NCBI GenBank assembly: GCA_036005065.1
Contig: DASYQW010000033.1
Span: forward strand, 21,989-85,988
Length of the DNA stretch: 64,000 nt
Reading direction: 5' to 3'
From: Candidatus Methylomirabilota bacterium
GTDB lineage: Bacteria > Methylomirabilota > Methylomirabilia > Rokubacteriales > DASRDR01
The stretch's first letter is position 1. Each line of letters starts with the position of its first letter. The notes beneath the pieces were generated by a model, which did no database searches, was not told the origin of the DNA, and worked only from the letters and a program-made list of their open reading frames with translations. The position numbers and the translations under genes are program-made. Shown piece by piece: positions 34,841-45,358 of this stretch.

Positions 34841-37297
34841 TCACGCCCCGACCGCGGCCGACTCGATCGTGGCCGGCAAACGGAACACCCGGACGGGGTG
34901 CTCCACGTTCCGGAGGGGCCGCTCCCCGAGATCCTCGAAGGGAAACTCGCCGTCCAGCCGGCTCCGGGTCACCGGCCCCACCATGATCGTGTCCCCTTCG
35001 CCGAGGGCGGCCAGCCGCGCCGCGACGTTGGTGACCTGACCCGAGGCGGTGTAGGTCCAGCGGGTCCCGGCCCGTCCCTCGATCTTGGTGGCGCCCACGG
35101 TCGCGGTCCCCGAGTTCACCCCGACGTGGAGCGCGATCGGCTCGTCGAGGTCGGCCAGCCTGGCATTGATCTCGCGCGTGCGGCGGAGGATGCCGAGGGC
35201 CGTCTTCACCGCGGCCCGGGCGTGCTGCCGGGGGTCCGGGTCCTGGAAGATCACCATGAGCCCGTCGCCGGCGGTCTCGTTGACGTCGCCTCCGCGCTTG
35301 AGGATCTCGTCCAGGAACGCCCCGAAGTAGCGCTCGATGAGGTCGTTCACCCGCTCGGGATCCAGGCGCTCGGTGAGGCGGGTATACCCGACGATGTCGA
35401 CGAAGAGGACGGAGACGTCGGCCTCGCGCTTGGCGAGCTCCGGGGCCTCGGGCGCCTGCTCGATGAGGTTCTGGACCGTCCGGGGGACGAACTTCGAGAG
35501 GCTCGACCGGATGCTTTCCAGGATCTCCACCCGCCGGAGGGCCGCCTTGAGGTCGACGTTCGCCTGCTCGAGCGCGCTGTACGCCTTGGCGTGCTCGAGC
35601 GCCACCGCGCTCTGGTTCATCAGGAGACGAAGCAGGCGGAGGTCCTCGGTCGTGTAGGCCGCCCCCGACCGCTTCCGGCCCAGTGCGAGGAATCCCGTCA
35701 CGCGCTCCTGGAAGATCACCGGCACGACGAGCTCGGCGCCGAGGGCAGCCAGCTCGGCCAGGCAGGCCTCCCGGACGTCCCTGAGGTCGGGGTCCTCCTC
35801 GAGCTGCTCCCGCGAGACCGGTGTCCGCAACCGCGCCAGACAGGCCGGCAAGGGGGAATCGGCCGGCACCGTGCGGGCCGGGTCCTCGCCGGCCACCAGG
35901 TAGCCCCGCCCCGCCGGGTCGGAGACCAGGAGGTGCTGTCCCACCGGGTGGAGGACCTCGTCGACGGTTCGATGGATCAGGGCCGCGATCCTCTGGAGAT
36001 CGAGCAGCGTCGTCATCAGGTCCGAGGCCCGCTCCAGCGACTGCTGCACGTCGTAGCGCTGCCGGAAGAAGACCCGATCGACCACCTGCTGGGTCCGCAG
36101 GTAGACCGGGTTCAGGAACACGACGACCGCCAGCGCCACGACGACCGCCGGCACGGTCCGCGAAGTCGAGAGGGCCAGCCCCGAGAAGGTGAGGTCGAGC
36201 AGCGCGATGGCGCCGGCATAGGCCGCCACCACCAGCGCCGTCACCACCGAGTAGATCGTGCCGATGCGGAGGACCGCCCAGACGTCGAAGAGGTTGTATC
36301 GGACCATCGCGTAGGCCACGGCCGCCGGGAACAGGAAGTTGAGCTTCCAGATGGCGTCGAGGTAGGGAACGGGCACGCGGAGCAGCGCCTCGACGGCGGT
36401 GCCGAGGACCGGCGGCAGGTACCCGACGGCGAAGCCGGCCGTCAGCACGCGGGCGCGCTGCCGGACGAGCGGCGTGGTCCCGGTCACGCTGGCCCGGGCC
36501 AGGGACAGGACCAGCAGGATCAGCGCGGCGCCCCAGTAGGTGGCGCCCACGCCCGCCACCAGCCCGATCCGGGAGTGGTCCGCGTGCAACCGGACCTGGA
36601 GCAGGAGCGCGACGACGGCCGACAGCCCGTAGGGCAGCCAGACGAGGCCCGGGCCCCGACGGGCGATCGCGGGCCGGCGCGGGAACGTCAGCGCCAGGTG
36701 CATGAAGAGGGCGGGCGAGAATGCCCAGGCGGTGAGAAACAGCAAGGGGAACCGGTAGACGGTGTGGGCGTCCGCGTACAGGATGCTGATGAGGAAGGAG
36801 TCGAGGCAGAAGGCGAAGACGAGCCAGCTCTGCGGGAGCCCCGGCTTGAGATAGAAGACGAGCGCGCCGAGGGCGAGGAAGAGCAGCCCGGCCAGCAGGC
36901 CCTCGACCAGGAAGCGCTTGAAGTCGTGCCGGGTCACGAGCCGGGTCGCGACGTCGGCTTCCACGAGCTGGCCCCGCCGATACAGGATGTAGTGGATGGG
37001 CGTCCCCGGCGGATGGGTCGCGACTTCGCTCTGGATCTCGCGGCCGGATGTCACGAGCCGGCCGTTCACCGCCCGGACCACGTCGAACGGCTGGAGCCCT
37101 CCGCGCTCGGCGCCGCCGATGGCGACCAGGAGGGTCTCCATCACCGAGAAGCCGGCGAAGGGCCGCCCGATCCGCCGATACTGATCCACTCCGGCCTGCG
37201 CGGCGAGGAGCAGCGCCAGTCCGAGCAGCGTGACGAAGATCGAGGTGTCGCGCGCTCGCCTGGCCCGTCCCGGCGGCGTGGCCCGATCCCGCGGCAT
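34841..37297 (-). CDS. Membrane-bound class III adenylate/guanylate cyclase: TM - periplasmic PDZ-like domain - multi-TM - GAF - cyclase (CHD)
   Basis: 818-aa product. It carries the CHD motifs VLFVDIVGYTRLTE ... ETAGDGLMVIF and a GAF-like region upstream. The N-terminal FDVVRAVNGRLVTSGREIQ is PDZ-like. The start was taken at an internal ATG (MPRDRATPP) of the 961-aa ORF. Confidence 0.8.
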   Translation of the reverse strand: MPRDRATPPGRARRARDTSIFVTLLGLALLLAAQAGVDQYRRIGRPFAGFSVMETLLVAIGGAERGGLQPFDVVRAVNGRLVTSGREIQSEVATHPPGTPIHYILYRRGQLVEADVATRLVTRHDFKRFLVEGLLAGLLFLALGALVFYLKPGLPQSWLVFAFCLDSFLISILYADAHTVYRFPLLFLTAWAFSPALFMHLALTFPRRPAIARRGPGLVWLPYGLSAVVALLLQVRLHADHSRIGLVAGVGATYWGAALILLVLSLARASVTGTTPLVRQRARVLTAGFAVGYLPPVLGTAVEALLRVPVPYLDAIWKLNFLFPAAVAYAMVRYNLFDVWAVLRIGTIYSVVTALVVAAYAGAIALLDLTFSGLALSTSRTVPAVVVALAVVVFLNPVYLRTQQVVDRVFFRQRYDVQQSLERASDLMTTLLDLQRIAALIHRTVDEVLHPVGQHLLVSDPAGRGYLVAGEDPARTVPADSPLPACLARLRTPVSREQLEEDPDLRDVREACLAELAALGAELVVPVIFQERVTGFLALGRKRSGAAYTTEDLRLLRLLMNQSAVALEHAKAYSALEQANVDLKAALRRVEILESIRSSLSKFVPRTVQNLIEQAPEAPELAKREADVSVLFVDIVGYTRLTERLDPERVNDLIERYFGAFLDEILKRGGDVNETAGDGLMVIFQDPDPRQHARAAVKTALGILRRTREINARLADLDEPIALHVGVNSGTATVGATKIEGRAGTRWTYTASGQVTNVAARLAALGEGDTIMVGPVTRSRLDGEFPFEDLGERPLRNVEHPVRVFRLPATIESAAVGA

Positions 37298-37485
37298 GGT
37301 CCGTCCCCCGTCCAGTGCGGAGTCCGGGGACCTGTGGCGTCCCCGGCCGCCCCATTCTATGCCGATTCGGGGCGGTGCGGGTTTCGTGCCGGGATCGCCG
37401 ATTTTCCTGCTACTCTGCCCTCGAAGCCGAGATCCGCCGGATCTTCGCGCTGCGCTAGCCGCCGAGGCACGGAGAGCTGCCGCCG

Positions 37486-38418
37486 ATGACGACGCCGGGT
37501 CGGGTGAAGTTCGCGATCGCCGTGCCGCAGCTCTTCCGCGAGCCGCGCGTCGACCTGACGGCCCTCCGAGAGTTTCTTCAGCGGGCGGAGACGCTCGGCT
37601 GCCACAGCGTCTGGGTTCAGGAGCAGATCCTGGGGGAGGCCGGGAGCCTCGAGCCGGTGGCCCTCCTCGCCCACGCCGCGGCCCTGACGGAGCGACTGCG
37701 GCTCGGCGTGGCCGTGCTGCTGACACCGCTCCGGAGCCCCGTGCAGCTGGCCAAGGCCCTGACGACCGTGGATCAGCTGAGCGCGGGACGGCTCATCGTG
37801 GGTGTCGGCCTCGGGGGCCGAACCACGATCTACCCCGCCTTCGGGCTGTCGCCGGAGCGGCGGGTCCGCCGCTTCACCGAGGGCCTCGAGGTCATGAAGC
37901 GGCTCTGGACCCAGGATCGCGTCACGTTCGACGGCGACTTCGTCAAGCTCGAGGACGCGGCCATGGCGCCCAAGCCGGTCCAGAGGCCGCATCCCCCCAT
38001 CTGGTTCGGCGCCCATCACATCGACGCGGTGCGACGGGCCGTCCGGCTGGGTGATGGCTTCATCGGAGCCGGGGCCTCGTCCACGGCGGAGTTCAAGGAT
38101 CAGGTCGCCCAAGTGCGGCGGTTCGTCGCCGAGAGCGGGCGGGACCCGTCGACCTTCGCCCTCGCCAAGCGCGTCTACATTCACGTCGATTCCGACCGCG
38201 CCCGCGGGGTCGCCCGGCTGCGCGAGTGGTTCGGCTGGTACTACGGGAACGCGGAGCTCGCCGAGCGGGTGGCGGTGGCGGGCTCCGTCGAGGCGTGCGT
38301 GAACGAGCTCCGAGAGATCCGGGCGGCCGGCGCCGAGCTGCTGCTCCTGAACCCCGTGTTCGAGGAGCAGCGGCATCTGGAGCTCTTCGCCCGCGAGGTC
38401 ATGGCGGCGGTGCGATGA
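37486..38418 (+). CDS. LLM-class (luciferase-like) flavin/F420-dependent oxidoreductase
   Basis: 310-aa product with a TIM-barrel LLM signature (LGCHSVWVQEQ..., PKPVQRPHPPIWFGA). Confidence 0.8.
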   Translation: MTTPGRVKFAIAVPQLFREPRVDLTALREFLQRAETLGCHSVWVQEQILGEAGSLEPVALLAHAAALTERLRLGVAVLLTPLRSPVQLAKALTTVDQLSAGRLIVGVGLGGRTTIYPAFGLSPERRVRRFTEGLEVMKRLWTQDRVTFDGDFVKLEDAAMAPKPVQRPHPPIWFGAHHIDAVRRAVRLGDGFIGAGASSTAEFKDQVAQVRRFVAESGRDPSTFALAKRVYIHVDSDRARGVARLREWFGWYYGNAELAERVAVAGSVEACVNELREIRAAGAELLLLNPVFEEQRHLELFAREVMAAVR

Positions 38419-38837
38419 AGGCCTACGGGATCACGCTGCTCAGGGTCACGGTCGGCGCCATCTACCTCCTGCACGCCTACCGGCTGGTCGCCGTCACCAC
38501 CCCGACCGCGACCGCCACCTTCATCGCCCAGACGTTCGGGCTGCCCTATCCGACGCTGATGGCGTGGCTCGTGATCGCCGCCCACGGCCTGGGCGGGCTC
38601 ATGCTCGTCGGGGGCATCCTGACCCGCGGCGCCGCCGCCGCCAACGCGCTCATCACCGCCGTCATCCTGGTCCGCGTCCACGTCCCCCACGGCTTCTTCC
38701 TGCGGGGGCCCGGCGTCGAGCTGGGGGCGGACCGTTCGGGCGTGGTGGGCGTCGAGTACATGCTGCTCCTGACCGCGGCGACGCTCGCCCTCCTCTTTCT
38801 CGGCTCCGGGCCCCTGGCCCTCCGTCCCTCCAAGTAG
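38415..38837 (+). CDS. DoxX-family membrane protein
   Basis: 140-aa product MKAYGITLLRVTVGAIYLLHAY... The ATG overlaps the LLM TGA (ATGA). Confidence 0.7.
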   Translation: MKAYGITLLRVTVGAIYLLHAYRLVAVTTPTATATFIAQTFGLPYPTLMAWLVIAAHGLGGLMLVGGILTRGAAAANALITAVILVRVHVPHGFFLRGPGVELGADRSGVVGVEYMLLLTAATLALLFLGSGPLALRPSK

Positions 38838-38871
38838 CTCCCCCCAACGCGCCGCCCAGGACCCCGGTATC

Positions 38872-39864
38872 TCAGCGGAAGGCGGGGAAGACCTCCCGGC
38901 TCAGGAGCTCGAGCTCGCGCGCGATGTGAGCGTGCGGCATCCCGGGGAAGTAGAGGCGGAAGATCAGGTGATTCGTGCCGAATGCGTGCACGAAACGCCG
39001 GATCTGGCCGATGCATCGCTCGGGACCGCCGATGATGAAGCGGTCCTGGCCGAGGGCCTCCAGGCGGTCGACCGGTGTCGCGTCCTGGGCGCCGATGAGC
39101 GGGTGCTTCCACCGGCCCCCGCCGTACTCGTCGCGGTAGTTGACCAGGAGGTGGCGCTCGGCGAGCTCCCAGGCCTCGGCGTCGGTGTCGGCGATGACCG
39201 TGTCGCGCGTGAGCGGCCAGGCGGCCGGCTCGGGTCGACCACCGGTCGCCAGCTCCCGCTGGTACGCGCGCTTGGCGTCGAGGAGCTTGGCCAGGTTGGC
39301 CGTCGGTCCGGGCACCCACGCCTCCCCGAGCCGCGCCGCGCGCCGGAGGGCCAGCTCGCCCCAGCCGCCGATCCAGACAGGTGGGTGTGGCTTCTGGAGC
39401 GGCTTGGGCTCGATGCGGGCGCCGCGGAGGGGGTAGTGAGGCCCGGGATGCGTGACGCCGTCCTGCGTCCACAGGGCGCGGATGACGGTGAGGGCCTCCT
39501 CGAAGCGCTTCCCGCGGCCCTCGAGCGGCGTGCGGTAGAGCGCGAACTCGTCGGGCTTGTAGCCGATCGCCACCCCGAACACGAGCCGGCCGCCGGACAT
39601 GACGTCGAGGAGGGCCGCGTCCTCGGCCGCCCGCACCGGATCGTAGAATGGCAGCACCGCGATGTCGGTGCCGAGAAGCACCCGCGAGGTCCGGGTTGCA
39701 AAGCCGGCCAGGACGACGAGCGGAGAGGGCCAGTAGTGATCGCGGACCCCGTGGTGCTCCTCCATCCACACCGAATCGAAGCCGAGGGCTTCGCCGCGCT
39801 CGACCTCCCGGAGCGCCTCGGGGTAGAAGGCGCCGCCTTCGGTGGGGATGAACCCGAACTTCAT
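38872..39864 (-). CDS. LLM-class flavin/F420-dependent oxidoreductase (second copy)
   Basis: 330-aa product MKFGFIPTEGG...DSVWMEEHH...PKPLQKPHPPVWIGG. Confidence 0.8.
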   Translation of the reverse strand: MKFGFIPTEGGAFYPEALREVERGEALGFDSVWMEEHHGVRDHYWPSPLVVLAGFATRTSRVLLGTDIAVLPFYDPVRAAEDAALLDVMSGGRLVFGVAIGYKPDEFALYRTPLEGRGKRFEEALTVIRALWTQDGVTHPGPHYPLRGARIEPKPLQKPHPPVWIGGWGELALRRAARLGEAWVPGPTANLAKLLDAKRAYQRELATGGRPEPAAWPLTRDTVIADTDAEAWELAERHLLVNYRDEYGGGRWKHPLIGAQDATPVDRLEALGQDRFIIGGPERCIGQIRRFVHAFGTNHLIFRLYFPGMPHAHIARELELLSREVFPAFR

Positions 39865-41048
39865 GGCTTCCGTGGCAGCTCGACGCGGCGGCCGGTGGCC
39901 GCCGACAGATAGCCCGCGTAGATCACTTCGACGGTCTCGCGCGCCAGATCACCGCCGCTCACCGGCTGGCGGCGCTCGAGGATGGCGTCGACGAAGTCGG
40001 TCAGCTCCTCGGCATAGCCCCGCATCCAGTGCTCGACCGGGTTCGGGAACTGCCAGCCGGCCCGGGTCTCGACCTTCTCGGAGATGTACTCCTCGCCCCA
40101 CACGCCGGGATCGGGCGCATAGAGCTGCATCCCCGTGTTCGGGTTGATGGCGATCTGGGCGACGCCGTTCGACATGTAGGCCGTTACCAGGTTCTTCACG
40201 CCGCCGAGCGAGACGTCGGAGGCGAGGATCGTCCCTCGCGTCCCGTCCTCGAAGGTGATGAGGGCGCCGGCCCAGTCCTCGACGTCCTGCCAGCCGGTCT
40301 GAAGATAGGCGCGGCGCTCGGCCCGGACCTGCGGCAACCGCGTCAGGGCGCCGACCTCCGCGAAGACGCTCCGGGCCCGGATCGGCCGGCCTCCGCGGAG
40401 GCGGCCCTCGGCGTGCTTGAGGTGGAGGAGGGTGGCGATCGGATGGGACCCCATCCGGAGGAGAGAGCCGCCGCCCGAGGTACGCCAGCGGCGGGAGTAG
40501 GGCGCCACCGACCCCGAGTGGGCCTCCTCGGCCCGGAGGTCGAGGAACGCGCCGCCCGAGACCTCGAGGAGGCGCTTGAGCTTGGCGATGGCCGGAGCAT
40601 AGACGATGTTCTCGGCATAGCAGAGCGTCACGCCGGCCGCCCGGCACGCCTCCAGCACCGCATCGGCGTTGGCCAGCGCCCCGGCCAGCATGCGCTCGCG
40701 CGGCGTCGCCTCGATGCGCTCTCCGTCCGTCCCGAAGTACCCGGTCAGCGGCTTCTCGACGATCACGTGCTTGCCGGTGCCCGCGGCGGCGATCGCGACC
40801 ACGTGGTGGAGGTCGTTCGGGCAGCAGACGTCCACGCAGTCCACGTCGGGGCGCTCGCAGAGCGCCCGGTAGTCGTCGAGCGCCAGCGGCACCTCGTGGC
40901 GCCGGGCGAAGGCCTCGGCGCTCGCGCGCGTCGCCGCCGCCACCGCCACCACGTCGGCCTTGGATCCGCGCAGGTGGGCCATCGCCCGGATGTGGGTTTC
41001 GGCGGCGGCCCGGGCCCCGACCAGGCCGATGCGGACGCGCGGCTCCAC
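39861..41048 (-). CDS. Gfo/Idh/MocA family oxidoreductase (paralog B of the 10057..11235 gene)
   Basis: The motif strings HVIVEKPLTG, LCYAEN.VYAPA.AKL, GGGSLLRMGSHPI, GGVKNLVTAY and VWGEEY.SEKVETRAGWQFP are all shared with paralog A. Confidence 0.85.
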   Translation of the reverse strand: MEPRVRIGLVGARAAAETHIRAMAHLRGSKADVVAVAAATRASAEAFARRHEVPLALDDYRALCERPDVDCVDVCCPNDLHHVVAIAAAGTGKHVIVEKPLTGYFGTDGERIEATPRERMLAGALANADAVLEACRAAGVTLCYAENIVYAPAIAKLKRLLEVSGGAFLDLRAEEAHSGSVAPYSRRWRTSGGGSLLRMGSHPIATLLHLKHAEGRLRGGRPIRARSVFAEVGALTRLPQVRAERRAYLQTGWQDVEDWAGALITFEDGTRGTILASDVSLGGVKNLVTAYMSNGVAQIAINPNTGMQLYAPDPGVWGEEYISEKVETRAGWQFPNPVEHWMRGYAEELTDFVDAILERRQPVSGGDLARETVEVIYAGYLSAATGRRVELPRKP

Positions 41049-41084
41049 TGCTGTCGTCTCCCTTCTCCTCCCGGGAGAGGCAGA

Positions 41085-42542
<1,458 letters not shown>

Positions 42543-43030
42543 GGCCCGGGCCTCCGATGCAAGATGGTGCGGATTGTCCGCCCATCCTAGCATCGCCAGC
42601 GGCGAGGCGGAAGGCGCGATTCCACGGCGACTTGGGAAATAATCGGTAAGTTTTCTCCCAGTCCGGGCGGCTGGAAATGATAAAAAACGGACCAGGCGGA
42701 GGCCAAGTGGCCGCACCGTCGAGTCGAAAGGTCTTTGGCTGGACTTGTTTAGCAGCCTTGTCGCTTCTTGGTACCTCTGTTGCGTACTTCAGATCTGCCG
42801 ACTGGTCGTCGGCGGAGGAGGGTCGGCGTGGCCGAGGGGTCTGGCGCGGTCATTCAGGGGTATGCCCTGATCACCGAGGGAGGCGCCGTGACGCCGCGGG
42901 ATCGTCGCGACGGGGCCAGGGCGGGGGTGTCCGGAATTCAAATTTGTTGCATGAATAGGCGCTCTTCGGTACCCTCAGTTAGTTTTGGACCTGACGGCCG
43001 GAGGCGCGCCCAGAGAGAGACGGGAGGGCG

Positions 43031-43405
43031 ATGAAGACAGCGCGGATCCTCGTCGTCGACGACGAGGCGGAAGTGCGGGAGCTCGTTGCCGAGTTCCTGG
43101 AATCCAAGGGATACGTCGCCCTGACCGCGTCGAACGGCTTCGAAGCCCTCACCACGGTCAAGGAACAGCGCCCGGACCTCATCCTGATGGACGTCATGAT
43201 GCCCAGGATGAGCGGCCTGGAGACCCTTCACCGGATCCGGGAGCTCGATCGGGACATCGGAGTCATCATGTTGACAGCCGTCGAGGACGAGGTGATTGCC
43301 AAGGAGGCGATGCGGAAAGAAGCCTACGACTACATCACCAAGCCGCTGGACTTCGGCTATCTCGAGCTCGTCATCCTCACCAAGCTGGCCCAGGGAGAGC
43401 GTTAG
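43031..43405 (+). CDS. Single-domain CheY-like response regulator
   Basis: 124-aa product MKTARILVVDDEAEVRELV...DLILMDVMMP...ITKPLD with a GGGAGG RBS. Confidence 0.85.
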   Translation: MKTARILVVDDEAEVRELVAEFLESKGYVALTASNGFEALTTVKEQRPDLILMDVMMPRMSGLETLHRIRELDRDIGVIMLTAVEDEVIAKEAMRKEAYDYITKPLDFGYLELVILTKLAQGER

Positions 43406-43465
43406 CATGCCAGCCGGCGGAGCGATGGATGCGCGGGCCCGGGGTCGCCATGCGGGGGAGCGTCG

Positions 43466-44260
43466 GTGTACGAGGCGTACTGGGGTCTGAGCGCGCCCCC
43501 GTTTCAGAACGTCCCCGACCCCAAGTTCTTCTGTCCCCTGCCGGCCTGTCAGGAGATCTTGGACAAGCTGCTCTACGTCGTCCAGTACGGCAAGGGCGGC
43601 GCGCTCCTCACCGGGGAGGTCGGGTGCGGGAAGAGCACGTTGAGCCGGGTCTTCCTGCTGCAACTGGACGAGGAGCGGTTCGACATCGGTCTGGTGATCA
43701 ATCCGGCCATGCCGGCCGAGGAGCTGCTCCACGAGATGGCCGTGCAGCTCGGTCTCTCGCCCGTGAGCTCGCAGCGCTCGGCGCTGTTCCGGATGCTGAA
43801 CGACCATTTCCTGGAGAACGCCCGAGCCGGCAAGACGACGGTTCTCATCATCGACGAAGCGCACACCATCAAGGACGAGGCGGTCTTCGAGGATCTCCGG
43901 ATGCTCTTGAACTTCCAGTTCAACGACCGCCAGCTCCTCACCCTGGTCCTCCTGGGCCCGGCCGAGCTCAGGGAGGTGATGAACCGCCACGGGTCGCTCG
44001 CCCAGCGGCTGCCCATCCGGCTGAACCTGAGCCCCCTCACCGAGGACGAGACGGCCGCCTACGTCCAGTTCCGGCTGGAGAAGGCCGGAGCGACGCGGCC
44101 CATCGTCACCGCCGAGGCGCTGCGGGCGATCGCCCGGGAGACGGGAGGCATCCCGCGGAAGATCAACAACCTCTGCGACCTGTGCCTCTTCGAGGGCTGG
44201 AGGAAACAGGCCAAGGCCGTCGATACCGCGCTCGTGAAGCTGGCGCTGGGCTCGCTATAG
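43466..44260 (+). CDS. ExeA/GspA/MshM-like AAA ATPase
   Basis: 264-aa product with Walker A GEVGCGKST and Walker B VLIIDEAH. It starts with GTG after a GGGGGAG RBS. Confidence 0.8.
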   Translation: MYEAYWGLSAPPFQNVPDPKFFCPLPACQEILDKLLYVVQYGKGGALLTGEVGCGKSTLSRVFLLQLDEERFDIGLVINPAMPAEELLHEMAVQLGLSPVSSQRSALFRMLNDHFLENARAGKTTVLIIDEAHTIKDEAVFEDLRMLLNFQFNDRQLLTLVLLGPAELREVMNRHGSLAQRLPIRLNLSPLTEDETAAYVQFRLEKAGATRPIVTAEALRAIARETGGIPRKINNLCDLCLFEGWRKQAKAVDTALVKLALGSL

Positions 44261-44284
44261 GATCGGGATGCTGGAGACACGTCG

Positions 44285-45358
44285 TTGAGGCTCAGTGACA
44301 TCGTCCGGACCGGAGCTCGCGCCCTGCCGCCGCGGGAAGTCGGCCGCGCGCCGCGCCCCGCCTCCTCGCCCGCGCCCGAGCCGGTCAGGCCGGTCGCGCC
44401 CGTCCGCGAGCTCCGACCGCCGGCCCCTCCCGACCGGGTGGAGCGGCTTCACCCATCGGAGCCCACCGAGGGCGGCGCTCCGAAGCGCGGCGACGCCGCG
44501 GACCTGATCTTCCAGCGGGCGGTGGAGCGCATCCGGGAAACCCTGGCCGTCCGGCGCGAGGCCCCGTTCTCCCTCGCCCAGGCGGAGGAGGCGGTGGAGA
44601 TCCTGCTCAAGAGCCTCGAGAGCAGCGACGCGCTCCTGGCCTCCTTCTTCCGGGTCAGCGACCTGGCCACGAACCCGGCCCGCAAAGCGGTCAACGTCGC
44701 CATTCTGGCGATGAAGATGGGGCTGGAGCTCGGGTACCCGCGCAAAGAGGTCCGCGACCTGGGGCTGGCGGCCCTTCTCTGTGACGTCGGGACCACCCTG
44801 GTGCCGGCCGAGATCCTGGGGAGCCCGGGCGCGCTGACGGCCAATGATCGGGCGATCCTCCGGAGTCGCCAGCTGGAGGCCGCCCAGGTCCTGCCGGCGC
44901 TCACCCCGGAGTACCGGTGGCTGGGGGAAGTGATCCGGGCGCGGTACGAGAAGCCGGACGGGCCTCACCAGCCGCAGGATCGGCTCGAGGAATGCGCGGC
45001 GATCATTCACCTCGCCGAGATGTACAAGAGCCTGGTCCACCCCCGCCCCTCCCGCAAACGCCTGGGCCCGCTCGATGCCCTCAAGGAGATCCTCAGTCGG
45101 CACCGGGCCACGTTCCCGGACAAGATCCTCAAGGCCCTCATCCGGTCCATGTCGACCTATCCCGTCGGCAGCCTGGTCCGGCTGAACACGGATGACATCG
45201 CCCAGGTGTCGGGCCGCAACAAGGACTACCCCCTGCGCCCCGTCGTGGAGATCATCGTGCGGCGCGGACGGCGGCTGCCCGAGCCCGTGCGGCTGGACCT
45301 GGCTCAGAGTCCGCTGATCCACATCAAGGAGTCTGTGCTGGAGGACGCCCTCCCGTGA
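44285..45358 (+). CDS. Degenerate HD-GYP-like domain protein (paralog 2) with Pro/Ala-rich N-terminus
   Basis: LGLAALLCDVGTTLVPAEILGSPGALT and STYPVGSLVRLNTDDIAQVSGRN match the HD-GYP scaffold but lack the HD/GYP catalytic residues. The C-terminus is ~60% identical to paralog 1. It starts with TTG. Confidence 0.6.
   Translation: MRLSDIVRTGARALPPREVGRAPRPASSPAPEPVRPVAPVRELRPPAPPDRVERLHPSEPTEGGAPKRGDAADLIFQRAVERIRETLAVRREAPFSLAQAEEAVEILLKSLESSDALLASFFRVSDLATNPARKAVNVAILAMKMGLELGYPRKEVRDLGLAALLCDVGTTLVPAEILGSPGALTANDRAILRSRQLEAAQVLPALTPEYRWLGEVIRARYEKPDGPHQPQDRLEECAAIIHLAEMYKSLVHPRPSRKRLGPLDALKEILSRHRATFPDKILKALIRSMSTYPVGSLVRLNTDDIAQVSGRNKDYPLRPVVEIIVRRGRRLPEPVRLDLAQSPLIHIKESVLEDALP

Noticed and set aside
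42700-43030. Possible sigma54 -24/-12 promoter (GG...GC around ggaattcaaatttgttgca) and tRNA-like segment in the long intergenic region
   Set aside because: GG-GC spacing does not fit the TGGCAC-N5-TTGCW consensus. No acceptor/T-arm (GTTCGAATCC-like) structure could be assembled by eye.
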